Made by a program: the position numbers and the translations under genes
NCBI GenBank assembly: GCA_049604715.1
Contig: JBMYTV010000002.1
Location: 56,455-120,454 of the forward strand
Length of the DNA stretch: 64,000 nt
DNA from: Patescibacteria group bacterium
Lineage (GTDB): Bacteria > Patescibacteriota > Patescibacteriia > S139-126 > S139-133
Direction of reading: 5' to 3'
Notes under the pieces: generated by a model
Databases searched by the model: none
Told to the model about the DNA's origin: nothing
What the model saw: the letters and a program-made list of their open reading frames with translations, nothing else
Part shown: piece by piece, positions 9,837-18,120 of the stretch
Position numbering within the stretch: position 1 is the stretch's first letter
Layout of the letters: every line of letters starts with the position of its first letter

Positions 9837-9989
9837 TTACCGCTTAACGCGGACACTACAAAATGGTACGAGGAAATAGTTATACCCCGCCTTACCGTTT
9901 GGCTTTCTGCGACGAACCAATGCCTTTGCACTTTTATCCCTTGGATCCGTCGCACCAAAGATCTGTTTACAGTTTCCTGAGTTCTTCAT
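9837..9989 (-). CDS. Putative 50-aa basic microprotein (below ORF-track cutoff)
   Basis: Manual translation MKNSGNCKQIFGATDPRDKSAKALVRRRKPNGKAGYNYFLVPFCSVRVKR*; ends just before the terminator; GAGGT only 1 nt from ATG and no clear promoter. Confidence 0.4.
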   Translation of the reverse strand: MKNSGNCKQIFGATDPRDKSAKALVRRRKPNGKAGYNYFLVPFCSVRVKR

Positions 9990-10134
9990 GACCTCAGTGC
10001 TGTGCCCGACAGCAAATTGACGCGTAGGGCTTTCGATTTAATAACACCAGATGTATTTGCTGGTGTGCCAGTTCTGGTTTTACAAAATACAGCATCAAGC
10101 CATTTTGCCGCGATCTTTCCTTAAAACAAAAGTC

Positions 10135-10163
10135 TTGCAAATCTTTGCGAACAGGAGTACACT
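10135..10163 (+). promoter_or_regulatory. Sigma70-type promoter of 10209-10400
   Basis: TTGCAA-17 nt-TACACT. Confidence 0.65.
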
Positions 10164-10208
10164 TGGGGCGTCACCTACCTTAACATCCATGTATCAAAAG
10201 GGGGAAAT

Positions 10209-10400
10209 ATGAAAACCTTTGAATCCACTGTCTCGCTGTTAAAGAAAAAAGGAGTACGTGTGCGTTTTTATCCTGGCTACAAACCAATACCAGGAACATG
10301 TCGTCGTCCTACATCTGTATGTTCTAGGTGCCAATTTAAGCGCACTTGCCGGCGTAGCCCGCACTCCCGTGTTAATGTCCTTATCACAACCCAAAGGTAA
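10209..10400 (+). CDS. Basic microprotein with C-X6-C-X2-C-X5-C motif (EndoIII-type Fe-S loop spacing)
   Basis: 63 aa; CRRPTSVCSRCQFKRTC; AAGGGGG SD; own promoter and terminator. Confidence 0.7.
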   Translation: MKTFESTVSLLKKKGVRVRFYPGYKPIPGTCRRPTSVCSRCQFKRTCRRSPHSRVNVLITTQR

Positions 10401-10406
10401 AAAATC

Positions 10407-10436
10407 TTAAAACCGACGTAATTTACGTCGGTTTAA
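10407..10436. terminator. Palindromic bidirectional terminator, copy 2 of 2
   Basis: TTAAAACCGACGTAATTTACGTCGGTTTAA between convergent microproteins. Confidence 0.8.
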
Positions 10437-10438
10437 AC

Positions 10439-10606
10439 TTACATAAAACCTTTTGACTTTTTCGCACATGATGAAGCGCCACCATCACCACCACAATGCC
10501 TGCATACCAATCTTTTTTCCTTGGTAATACGAAATGAATGCTTTTTGTTAGGGCTTTTTAGACAATAGTCCGTAGAGATGGGTTTCAATTCTTTGTCCTT
10601 CTTCAT
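10439..10606 (-). CDS. 55-aa basic microprotein, putative C-H-C-C zinc finger (below ORF-track cutoff)
   Basis: Manual translation MKKDKELKPISTDYCLKSPNKKHSFRITKEKRLVCRHCGGDGGASSCAKKSKGFM*; AAGGGT SD; promoter at 10666-10694. Confidence 0.7.
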   Translation of the reverse strand: MKKDKELKPISTDYCLKSPNKKHSFRITKEKRLVCRHCGGDGGASSCAKKSKGFM

Positions 10607-10665
10607 GGATATACCCTTTCAGAGTTTAGTTTTTATACGTTTTAAAATGATCAAACACAAAATCC

Positions 10666-10694
10666 ATCATATTGATATCTGATGGACTTGTCAA
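10666..10694 (-). promoter_or_regulatory. Sigma70-type promoter of 10439-10606, overlapping a hairpin just after dnaJ
   Basis: TTGACA-17 nt-TATGAT; boxA-like GATCATTTTAAAAC at 10639-10652. Confidence 0.7.
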
Positions 10695-10700
10695 GAAATA

Positions 10701-11792
10701 TTACAAACCTGCGTCTTGGAGTTTTTTAAGTAATTTCTTTTGTTCACTACTGAGCTTTTGCGGAACATCTACCTGAACTGTTACGATATGCTCCCCTCGC
10801 CTACTACTACCAAGCCGCATAGCACCTTTTTGCTTTAAACTAAACTGCTTACCTGACTTTGTGCCGGACGGGATTTTGAGAGTCACGTCCCCATCAACTG
10901 TCTCTACATCAATCTTGCCCCCAAGCACGCTTAAAGTAAAAGGAACCCGCTCTTCTGACATAATGACCTCACCATGCCGCTTGAACCTTGGATCTGGCTC
11001 AACATGTACATTTACATACAAATCACCTGCTTGCCCGCCCTGCTTGCCAGCATCACCAGCACCGCTCATACGGAGTCGATGACCACTTTCAATACCCCCT
11101 GGTACATCAAGTGTAATTTCTGATTCTTTTTGTTGAGTTCCACTTCCACTGCAAGTAGTACATTTGTCTTTGATTGTTTTACCGCTTCCACTACATGTTC
11201 CACATACTGTTTGGGTTTGAATAGCGCCTAAAAAAGTTTGGCGTACATGATTCACCTGTCCGCTACCACTACAAGTTGAACAACTTTCTGGGGTTGTGCC
11301 TTTTTTGGCACCACTTCCCTCGCAAGTCTCGCAACCTACTGATTTGCGCAGTGATATATCTCTCTTTACACCAAGCGCTGCATCTACAAATGAAATTGAA
11401 ATAGTCATCTCCAGGTCACGACCTCTATTTGCTTGTGCTTTTCGTCCTGACTGGCGACGAAAGCCACCAAAAAAATCTCCAAATATTTCATCAATATCGA
11501 CATCTGCAAAACCGCCACCACCCTGAAAACCACCAAATCCAGAAAAAGGATTACCTTGTGCACCACCACCAAAACCTGCCTGGTCAAATGTCTGCCCAAA
11601 CTGGTCATACTGTTGGCGCTTCTTCTCATCACTTAAGATTTGATAAGCTTCATTAATTTCCTTGAACTTCTCGTCGTTACCATCGTTTTTATCAGGATGA
11701 TGCTTGTGCGCAAGTGTTCGAAATGCTTTTTTGATCTCATCAGCTGAAGCTGACTTGTCAACGCCTAATATTTTGTAATAATCCTTTGCCAT
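10701..11792 (-). CDS. dnaJ: Chaperone DnaJ
   Basis: J domain with HPD, G/F-rich linker, four CxxCxGxG repeats. Confidence 0.97.
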   Translation of the reverse strand: MAKDYYKILGVDKSASADEIKKAFRTLAHKHHPDKNDGNDEKFKEINEAYQILSDEKKRQQYDQFGQTFDQAGFGGGAQGNPFSGFGGFQGGGGFADVDIDEIFGDFFGGFRRQSGRKAQANRGRDLEMTISISFVDAALGVKRDISLRKSVGCETCEGSGAKKGTTPESCSTCSGSGQVNHVRQTFLGAIQTQTVCGTCSGSGKTIKDKCTTCSGSGTQQKESEITLDVPGGIESGHRLRMSGAGDAGKQGGQAGDLYVNVHVEPDPRFKRHGEVIMSEERVPFTLSVLGGKIDVETVDGDVTLKIPSGTKSGKQFSLKQKGAMRLGSSRRGEHIVTVQVDVPQKLSSEQKKLLKKLQDAGL

Positions 11793-11807
11793 AGATACTG
11801 CTTATTT

Positions 11808-11843
11808 GAAACAAGGGCAGGCACAAAGCACCATCCTTGTTTC
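11808..11843. other. Intergenic stem-loop upstream of dnaJ (possible mRNA stabiliser or partial terminator)
   Basis: GAAACAAGG...CCTTGTTTC inverted repeat. Confidence 0.45.
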
Positions 11844-11856
11844 TTTATAAATAGTC

Positions 11857-12147
11857 CTATTCGGTTTTGAAACCTACTTGTTGATTGAGCTTGTCATTAC
11901 CAACCTCAATCTCGCCATGTTGCTCTTCATATCGCTTCACATTGTCTTGAAGTGCTGCAGCAAGCCGCTTTGCATGTGATGGGGATAGTAAAATACGACC
12001 AATAAGTAGGCCAAGTTTTTGCCATGGAAATATATTCATAAAATCCAAAACAAATTCTTCTTTACTATGAGTCACTTGCACTGCATTTGAGTAGCCGCCC
12101 TTGAGCTGCTCATCGGTTGCCTTAATTTGAATTTGTTGCTCTGTCAT
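11857..12147 (-). CDS. DUF3467-like protein
   Basis: 96 aa; GGYSNAVQVTHSKEEFVLDF, RILLSPSHAKRL, YEEQHGEI. Confidence 0.8.
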   Translation of the reverse strand: MTEQQIQIKATDEQLKGGYSNAVQVTHSKEEFVLDFMNIFPWQKLGLLIGRILLSPSHAKRLAAALQDNVKRYEEQHGEIEVGNDKLNQQVGFKTE

Positions 12148-12160
12148 ATAAACGTATTAG

Positions 12161-14116
12161 TTATTTAGTTTCAGAGTCAGTGTCTTTTTTTTCTTCAAAG
12201 TCAGCCTCAACTGGCTCGTCTGACTTTGACTCACCATCAGCTGGTTGCTCAGGAGCGCCTTCAGCTGGTTGCTCAGGAGCGCCTTCAGCTGCTTGGTCTT
12301 GATACATGTGCTGTCCAAGTTTCATTGCGGTTTCATTGAGCGCATCAAGTGCTGACTTGATAGCTTCTGTATCTTCACTTTCTTTAACATCTTTTACTGC
12401 TTGCAACTTCTCTTCAACTTCCTTCTTCAAATCTTCTGGGAGTTTGTCTTTATTTTCATCAAGCAGTTTCTCAGTCTGATACACAACACTTTCGGCTTGG
12501 TTATGAAGCTCAATACGTTCGCGTTTCTTTTTGTCCTCATCTGCGTGCGCTTCTGCATCTTGCTTCATTTTTTCGATTTCTTCTTCAGTAAGTCCTGAGC
12601 TTGCAGTAATAGTAATCTTTTGTTCTTTGCCAGTTGCCTTGTCTTTGGCAGATACATGCAAAATACCGTTTGCATCAATATCAAAGGTTACTTCAACTTG
12701 CGGGATGCCGCGTGGTGCTGGCGGAATACCATCCAAGATAAACTTACCAAGTGTTTTGTTATCACCTGCCATTTCACGCTCACCTTGCAAAACATGAATC
12801 TCAACAGATGGCTGATTGTCAGCTGCAGTTGAGAAAACTTGCGTTTTTGAAGTTGGAATAGTCGTATTTTTCTCAATAAGCTTGGTCATAACACCACCCA
12901 GCGTCTCCAAGCCAAGTGACAAAGGAGTCACATCAAGCAAGAGAACATCCTTTACATCACCTTGGAATACACCAGCTTGGACTGCCGCACCCATTGCTAC
13001 TACCTCATCGGGATTAACTGATACATTTGGTTTTTTACCAAAAAACTCTTCTACCTTTTTCTGTACGAGTGGCATACGTGTCATACCACCAACCATAATA
13101 ACCTCATTGATATCAGATTTTGAAAAACCTGAGTCTTTGAGCGCTGCCTCACAAGGCGTAAGTGTTCGCACAATCAAATCCCCAACTAGCTCCTCAAGTT
13201 TTGCTCTGGTCATCTTTAGCACCAAGTGCTTAGGCCCAGAATCATCAGATGTGATAAATGGTTGATTGATCTCTGTCTCTTGTGCAGTAGAGAGCTCGAT
13301 CTTTGCCTTTTCCGCTGCTTCCTTAATTCTTTGCAATGCTAATGGATCGTTTGACAGATCAATGCCTTGGTCTTTTTTGAACTCTTCAATAATCCATTTA
13401 ATAAGCTCCTGGTCAAAATCGTCACCACCAAGGTGAGTATCACCATTGGTTGCTTTTACCTCTACAGTATTTTCACCATTATCAGAAAAATCAATTTCCA
13501 AAATAGAAACATCAAAGGTACCGCCACCCAGATCATAAACTGCAATCTTTTGATCTTTTTGTGCTTTATCAAAACCATATGCAAATGCTGCCGCAGTTGG
13601 CTCATTGATAATGCGCTTTACAGTAAGACCTGCAATTTCACCTGCATCTTTGGTAGCTTGCCGCTGTGCATCATCGAAGTATGCCGGCACTGTAATCACA
13701 GCCTCAGTAACCTTTTCACCTGTTTTCTCTTCAGCGTCTTCTTTAAGCTTACGCAAAATCATTGCTGATATTTCCGGTGGAGTATAGTCCTTGCCTTGCA
13801 TCTCAATAAGAACACCACCATTTTTGTCATCTTTTTTCAACTTGTAGGGCACCAATTTTTGTACTTCTTGTACCTCAGCATCATCAAATCGGCGTCCAAT
13901 AAGACGTTTAATTGAGAAAAGCGTATTACCTGGGTTAGTCACGGCTTGTCGTTTTGCTGATTGACCAACTAGCTTTTCACCTGATTTGGAAACTGCAACC
14001 ATAGACGGAGTTGTGCGGTTTCCTTCTTTATTTTCTAAAATTTTTGGCTGACCTCCTTCAATGACTGCCATTGCTGAGTTGGTAGTACCGAGATCAACAC
14101 CCAATATCTTTGCCAT
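12161..14116 (-). CDS. dnaK: Chaperone DnaK (Hsp70)
   Basis: [27 protein letters not shown] motifs; 651 aa. Confidence 0.98.
   Translation of the reverse strand: MAKILGVDLGTTNSAMAVIEGGQPKILENKEGNRTTPSMVAVSKSGEKLVGQSAKRQAVTNPGNTLFSIKRLIGRRFDDAEVQEVQKLVPYKLKKDDKNGGVLIEMQGKDYTPPEISAMILRKLKEDAEEKTGEKVTEAVITVPAYFDDAQRQATKDAGEIAGLTVKRIINEPTAAAFAYGFDKAQKDQKIAVYDLGGGTFDVSILEIDFSDNGENTVEVKATNGDTHLGGDDFDQELIKWIIEEFKKDQGIDLSNDPLALQRIKEAAEKAKIELSTAQETEINQPFITSDDSGPKHLVLKMTRAKLEELVGDLIVRTLTPCEAALKDSGFSKSDINEVIMVGGMTRMPLVQKKVEEFFGKKPNVSVNPDEVVAMGAAVQAGVFQGDVKDVLLLDVTPLSLGLETLGGVMTKLIEKNTTIPTSKTQVFSTAADNQPSVEIHVLQGEREMAGDNKTLGKFILDGIPPAPRGIPQVEVTFDIDANGILHVSAKDKATGKEQKITITASSGLTEEEIEKMKQDAEAHADEDKKKRERIELHNQAESVVYQTEKLLDENKDKLPEDLKKEVEEKLQAVKDVKESEDTEAIKSALDALNETAMKLGQHMYQDQAAEGAPEQPAEGAPEQPADGESKSDEPVEADFEEKKDTDSETK
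12238..12291 (-). repeat. 24-bp tandem duplication in dnaK C-terminal tail
   Basis: (CAGCTGGTTGCTCAGGAGCGCCTT)x2, encoding AEGAPEQP twice. Confidence 0.85.
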
Positions 14117-14137
14117 ATAAATTCGTTTAATTACTTA

Positions 14138-14446
14138 TTATTTCTTAGTTATTTTATCTAAATCTTGTGCACATTGGAGCACATCATCAGCTGACAGTGG
14201 CTCGCTACCTGCAAAGGTTGCAACTTCACTCTTTTTTACATCTGTTAGGATTGCGGCTCCGTACATACCATGCTGCACTCCTGATAAGCACGCAAGTAGG
14301 CCAATTCCACAGCTTCCACACCGAGAGTATAAAAGAAGTGTACCATCGTCTGTTTCGCTTACCATTTCGATATGCGCACGATGTGCTGGTGCAGAGCACA
14401 TAGGACACCGTGATACTAATGCAAAGTTAAATGGTTTCTGGGGCAT
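14138..14446 (-). CDS. Hypothetical zinc-ribbon protein in heat-shock operon
   Basis: 102 aa; CPMC...CGSC. Confidence 0.7.
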   Translation of the reverse strand: MPQKPFNFALVSRCPMCSAPAHRAHIEMVSETDDGTLLLYSRCGSCGIGLLACLSGVQHGMYGAAILTDVKKSEVATFAGSEPLSADDVLQCAQDLDKITKK

Positions 14447-14450
14447 GAGG

Positions 14451-14882
14451 TTATTTTTTAGTTGTCTTAATTTTGATTGTTTTTGTTTCTTTTTTAGCTT
14501 CTTTTGGAATTGTTATCTTCAGAACACCATTTTCATACACTGCGTCTGATTTGTCTGCGTCGACTGCTGCTGGAAGTGCAACTGACCTGTGGAAGCTACC
14601 TTTTCTAATCTCTTTACGATAATAATTATCCTCATCGATCTCAGTTGTCTTCTCAAGCTTTCCTTGTAGTGTCAAAATATCGTTTTCTACAGACAACTCA
14701 ACATCTTCTGGATTTACTCCAGCTAACTGCGCCTCTACAATAACTGAAGTCTCATTTTGATAAATATCAAGCGCTGGATAAACAGTGGTTACATCATTTG
14801 AAAGTGGGCTGATTCGTTTGAACACATCATCGAACTCGTCCATGCTTTCAAGGAGTGAGGGTGTCCATCGAATAAGTGGCAT
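14451..14882 (-). CDS. Hsp20/alpha-crystallin small heat-shock protein
   Basis: PALDIY, GSFHRSVALP, AVYENGVLKITIPK. Confidence 0.93.
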   Translation of the reverse strand: MPLIRWTPSLLESMDEFDDVFKRISPLSNDVTTVYPALDIYQNETSVIVEAQLAGVNPEDVELSVENDILTLQGKLEKTTEIDEDNYYRKEIRKGSFHRSVALPAAVDADKSDAVYENGVLKITIPKEAKKETKTIKIKTTKK

Positions 14883-14906
14883 ATGATTATAATTTAATAC
14901 TCAATA

Positions 14907-15416
14907 TTATGAATTTACAATAACTTTTGCTGGAACTATGACTATATCACCAAGGCGATATCCAGCGCGTACTTCACGAAGTACTGTATCTGCCTCAGTC
15001 TGGTCATCATTTTTTGTCTCAACTGCTTCCATGGTCTCTACATCAAACTGCTTTCCTATTGTCTCTATCCGCTCAACTCCCATAGCTTCTAGTGTTTGAT
15101 CAAACTGTTTTTGTAAATACACAAATCCTTGTACCCAGACCTCATCTTTTGCTTTTTCTGGTATATGTTCTACTGCCATGTAGTAGTGATCTATTATTGG
15201 AAAGAAATCCTTCAAAACCTCGGCTTTTATATACTCGGCAAGTGCTTGCTTTTCTGCTGCTGACTGCTTTTGTAAATTTTGATAATCAGCCTGCGCGCGC
15301 TGCCAACCTTGTAAGTACTCTGCTGACTTCTCTTCTAGCTCTTGTAACTTCTTTTTCATGCCTGTCTGCTTGGATTTTTTTGGTTTATTTTTTTTGGTTG
15401 TATCTGTATCTGTCAT
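14907..15416 (-). CDS. grpE: Nucleotide exchange factor GrpE
   Basis: RAQADYQN, FD...MEAV, GYRLGD.VI.PAKV.V; operon context. Confidence 0.92.
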   Translation of the reverse strand: MTDTDTTKKNKPKKSKQTGMKKKLQELEEKSAEYLQGWQRAQADYQNLQKQSAAEKQALAEYIKAEVLKDFFPIIDHYYMAVEHIPEKAKDEVWVQGFVYLQKQFDQTLEAMGVERIETIGKQFDVETMEAVETKNDDQTEADTVLREVRAGYRLGDIVIVPAKVIVNS

Positions 15417-15420
15417 AAAA

Positions 15421-16104
15421 TTATACTAAATCACGAATAGTTTTGAGCAGTGCGTAGTTATGATCATATCTCATTCGCATAGGTCCAAGTATTGAAATAA
15501 GACCTTTTGTATCATCAAGCATAACATTTGTCATCACCACACTACATTCTGGGCTAAATGGGTTTTGTCTACCTATTGCGATGGTAATATCATCAATAGC
15601 CTCAAATATATTTACAATCACATCATCAAGATGATCGATTACCTGCGAAATATGTACTACTGACTGCATCTCATGAAACTCAGGTTGAGAAAAAAGGTTA
15701 GTAAGACCAGTGTAGTACACATCGCGAGGTGAAAATGCAACTATCACAGCGTTATTAGAAAGTGCTGAAATATGCTTGGCAAGTGCTTTGCTCTGTAGGC
15801 GTTTGTCTGCATGCGACTTCAAAACTTCTTCTAGAGCTGACAACTCCTTTTGTGGGACAGATTGATCTTGATCTAGAAACTCAGCAATATAGTATTGCCA
15901 ACCTTTTTCACTCGGAATTCTACCAGCAGATGTGTGTGGTTGCATAAGAAATCCATCCTCAGTCATAGCAGCCATGTCGTTACGAATAGTTGCTGATGAC
16001 ACTCCAAGGGCCTGAGCAAGTAGCTCGCTACTAACTGCTTGTGCTTTGTCAGTGTAGTGCTCAACTATAATATTTAATATGTCTTTTTGTCTGTTAGTCA
16101 GCAT
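15421..16104 (-). CDS. hrcA: Heat-inducible transcription repressor HrcA (short form)
   Basis: SSATIRNDM, QPHTSAGRIPS, LGPMRMRY; CIRCE upstream. Confidence 0.93.
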   Translation of the reverse strand: MLTNRQKDILNIIVEHYTDKAQAVSSELLAQALGVSSATIRNDMAAMTEDGFLMQPHTSAGRIPSEKGWQYYIAEFLDQDQSVPQKELSALEEVLKSHADKRLQSKALAKHISALSNNAVIVAFSPRDVYYTGLTNLFSQPEFHEMQSVVHISQVIDHLDDVIVNIFEAIDDITIAIGRQNPFSPECSVVMTNVMLDDTKGLISILGPMRMRYDHNYALLKTIRDLV

Positions 16105-16133
16105 ATGGTTCTTCTATACACAGAATATCAAAA

Positions 16134-16160
16134 TTAGCACTCCCCAGTCAAGAGTGCTAA
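16134..16160. promoter_or_regulatory. CIRCE operator (HrcA site), containing the -35 TTGACT of the hrcA promoter
   Basis: Perfect TTAGCACTC-N9-GAGTGCTAA; minus strand TTGACT-18 nt-TATTCT. Confidence 0.97.
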
Positions 16161-16166
16161 TAACAG

Positions 16167-16193
16167 AAAATCTCATCAATTTGATGAGATCTT
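16167..16193 (-). terminator. Intrinsic terminator of 16207-16515
   Basis: ATCTCATCAA-t-TTGATGAGAT hairpin with T4 on minus strand. Confidence 0.7.
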
Positions 16194-16206
16194 GAAACGG
16201 TTTGAA

Positions 16207-16515
16207 TCATACATAGTATTTTGTGCTATCAAGGCGGTTATCGCTTTGGAAATCCGCAATCATTTTTTTAATGACTGCGCTTTGGTGCTTTTCACATGAT
16301 GTCCTTTTTTGACACACTTCGGTCATACGTCCGTCACGCACACGTTTAATCTTCAGTACGTACGTTACAACCGAACGAACACTACATTTAGAGCACGACG
16401 TGCCGGCGGGTAGCTTAACCAAAAATTTCTTCAAAGCCGCAGCAGGCAATGTTCTAATCTCAGTGAGAGTCATTGTCTCACCTGATGACTTTTTGTGACG
16501 CTTCTTATCAGCCAT
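16207..16515 (-). CDS. ORFan basic protein, putative CxxC...CxxH zinc finger
   Basis: 102 aa; CSKC and CEKH; AAGGA SD; promoter TTGACT-18-TAAGGT at 16566-16595. Confidence 0.75.
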   Translation of the reverse strand: MADKKRHKKSSGETMTLTEIRTLPAAALKKFLVKLPAGTSCSKCSVRSVVTYVLKIKRVRDGRMTEVCQKRTSCEKHQSAVIKKMIADFQSDNRLDSTKYYV

Positions 16516-16600
16516 ATATAATCCTTTCCATGTATAATGACTAGTTGTTGATGAGCTATCTGCCTACCTTACTAAAATATATATAATCTAGTCAAATAGC

Positions 16601-16623
16601 AAAAAACCGACCACTTTGGTCGG
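16601..16623 (-). terminator. Intrinsic terminator of 16664-16936
   Basis: CCGACCA-ctt-TGGTCGG with T6 on minus strand. Confidence 0.7.
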
Positions 16624-16663
16624 CATAAATCTTGGTTATATTTAAAAATTTTACCACTCCGGG

Positions 16664-16936
16664 CTATGCGGCGAATTCAATTTCGTTTTTGGGAATCCAG
16701 CGTTTTTTCCCGGCGGAGAGACTAATCAAGGCTTCATTGCCCTGAATTTCGTGGATGTTTACCTTCCGGCCTGCTTTGATAGTTGCAAAATTTGCCGAGC
16801 CTGTGCAGCACCGCTGCCTTTTATTGCTGATATCCCTTTTCACAACACCCGTCTTTCCATTCTGATTACTACTGTTGCTCCTTTTCTTTTTTTTGACAAT
16901 ACGACGATCACTTCGCTTGTTTTTACGACGTCTCAT
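16664..16936 (-). CDS. ORFan with polybasic N-terminus and SH3b-like C-terminal domain
   Basis: 90 aa; MRRRKNKRSDRRIVKKKKRS; IKAGRKVNIHEIQGNEALI...GKKRWIPKNEI; GAGGTGA SD. Confidence 0.75.
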   Translation of the reverse strand: MRRRKNKRSDRRIVKKKKRSNSSNQNGKTGVVKRDISNKRQRCCTGSANFATIKAGRKVNIHEIQGNEALISLSAGKKRWIPKNEIEFAA

Positions 16937-17007
16937 GCAGTCACCTCATGGTAATTAGTTGTACAATGTGCCACCGTGCAATTATCTGGTTTACTCACGG
17001 TAATCAC

Positions 17008-17036
17008 AGAATACAAGAAAACGTGCATTTCGTCAA
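17008..17036 (-). promoter_or_regulatory. Sigma70-type promoter of 16664-16936
   Basis: TTGACG-17 nt-TATTCT; boxA-like GCACATTGTACAAC at 16958-16971. Confidence 0.7.
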
Positions 17037-17046
17037 TATAAATATG

Positions 17047-17069
17047 AAAACCAGACATTTGCCTGGTTT
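17047..17069 (-). terminator. Intrinsic terminator of the 17078-18005 operon
   Basis: AAACCAGGC..GTCTGGTTTT hairpin on minus strand. Confidence 0.65.
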
Positions 17070-17077
17070 ATATAATT

Positions 17078-17389
17078 CTACGTTATTTTTGGAGGCCTCC
17101 CAATGGTGAGTGTTATTGCAGGCATCATTTTCTCAGCTTTTGCCTGCGCTGCAGAGATTAACTGTTGCCTTACGCCATTATGGATTGCCGGTGCTTTCTT
17201 GAGCACTTTATCAAAACGACAGTAACCGGCAGGAATAACTGGAAATTGTTCCTTGGTTACTAATAACCAACACGGTACTGGAACGTTTTTTAACTCGTTA
17301 GTTTTTCTGCGAATAAAAATGCCATACAGTACCTCTTTATTACTCCCTTCATTCACTTTTTTCTTCTTTATTACTTTTTTCCTTTTCAA
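17078..17389 (-). CDS. ORFan, LY..PVPCW family member 3
   Basis: 103 aa; TTG start with AAGGAG SD; VLYGIFIRR...VPVPCWLLV...PAGY. Confidence 0.78.
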   Translation of the reverse strand: MKRKKVIKKKKVNEGSNKEVLYGIFIRRKTNELKNVPVPCWLLVTKEQFPVIPAGYCRFDKVLKKAPAIHNGVRQQLISAAQAKAEKMMPAITLTIGRPPKIT

Positions 17390-17404
17390 ATAAACTCCTT
17401 TCTT

Positions 17405-17695
17405 TTACAAGCCGCCATGTATACACGGCGGGTTATCAAATTTGACGCTCATCTTAGGCACTGTTCGACTTGCTTCGTTTAGTACCTTTGTCTTGAGCTC
17501 TTTTTCTACAGCATCCTCATTGTGCGTAAGGGTAAGCACCTGAACAAGCGTATACCCTTGCGGAGTGGGATACTTATCTGAACTAGTTAAAACTACCCAA
17601 CATGGAACTGGCTTTTCCGCCATCTCACCACTAACGCGAAACATAAACGCATACAACGTCTTGTTTAACTTTTTACTGCGTAGTGTAGCAACCAT
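17405..17695 (-). CDS. ORFan, LY..PVPCW family member 2
   Basis: 96 aa; TLYAFMFR...KPVPCWVVL...PQGY. Confidence 0.78.
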   Translation of the reverse strand: MVATLRSKKLNKTLYAFMFRVSGEMAEKPVPCWVVLTSSDKYPTPQGYTLVQVLTLTHNEDAVEKELKTKVLNEASRTVPKMSVKFDNPPCIHGGL

Positions 17696-17717
17696 GTTTC
17701 TGTGCCTTGTTTTGAAA

Positions 17718-18005
17718 TTAGTCTAAGACATTCCAGTTGATTTCCCCATCTCTTCTCAATGTCTTCGTCTTCCGGGCTTCTTTCTTTGCTTTCTGGACTG
17801 CCATAGCTCGAGCTGTTTTCGACTTACCAGTGAAAGTACACCGGACAACCTCTGTTTTGCTATCTTTCAAAACACCAAAACAACCTTCTTTTACAGTAAT
17901 CCAGCATTCTCGTGGTTTATGTTTTATTTTTCTTAGTTTATACACTACTAAATACAAAGTGACATCCGAATCCAATGAGTGATCCGTTAATCTTCTCTTC
18001 TTCAT
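17718..18005 (-). CDS. ORFan, LY..P.xCW family member 1
   Basis: 95 aa; TLYLVVYK...KPRECWITV; AGAGG SD. Confidence 0.75.
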   Translation of the reverse strand: MKKRRLTDHSLDSDVTLYLVVYKLRKIKHKPRECWITVKEGCFGVLKDSKTEVVRCTFTGKSKTARAMAVQKAKKEARKTKTLRRDGEINWNVLD

Positions 18006-18043
18006 GGCTGAGCCTCTTTTTTTGAATGTTCTATTCCATGCGT

Positions 18044-18072
18044 ACTGTAGACCGTATATGATATATTGTCAA
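18044..18072 (-). promoter_or_regulatory. Sigma70-type promoter of 17078-18005 operon
   Basis: TTGACA-17 nt-TACAGT; boxA-like GAACATTCAAAAA at 18019-18031. Confidence 0.7.
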
Positions 18073-18076
18073 AAAT

Positions 18077-18103
18077 AAAACATCGGATTTTCCGATGTTT
18101 TTT
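18077..18103. terminator. Intrinsic terminator of the 18121-19371 operon
   Basis: AAAACATCGGA-ttt-TCCGATGTTTT. Confidence 0.78.
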
Positions 18104-18120
18104 GTATATCCAGAATCAAA

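Noticed and set aside
10160-10200. GGGGCG after a promoter as tmRNA or tRNA 5' end
   Set aside because: No T-arm (GTTCRA) or acceptor-stem complement; better explained as the leader of 10209.
9799-10436. Two near-identical palindromes as a CRISPR array
   Set aside because: Only two copies, ~580 bp apart, enclosing ORFs; no cas genes.
4407-18103. Hairpins starting AAAC and ending GTTT as integron attC sites
   Set aside because: Only ~23-30 bp, lack RYYYAAC/GTTRRRY cores and L boxes, no integrase seen, and cassettes carry their own promoters; A/T tracts fit intrinsic terminators.
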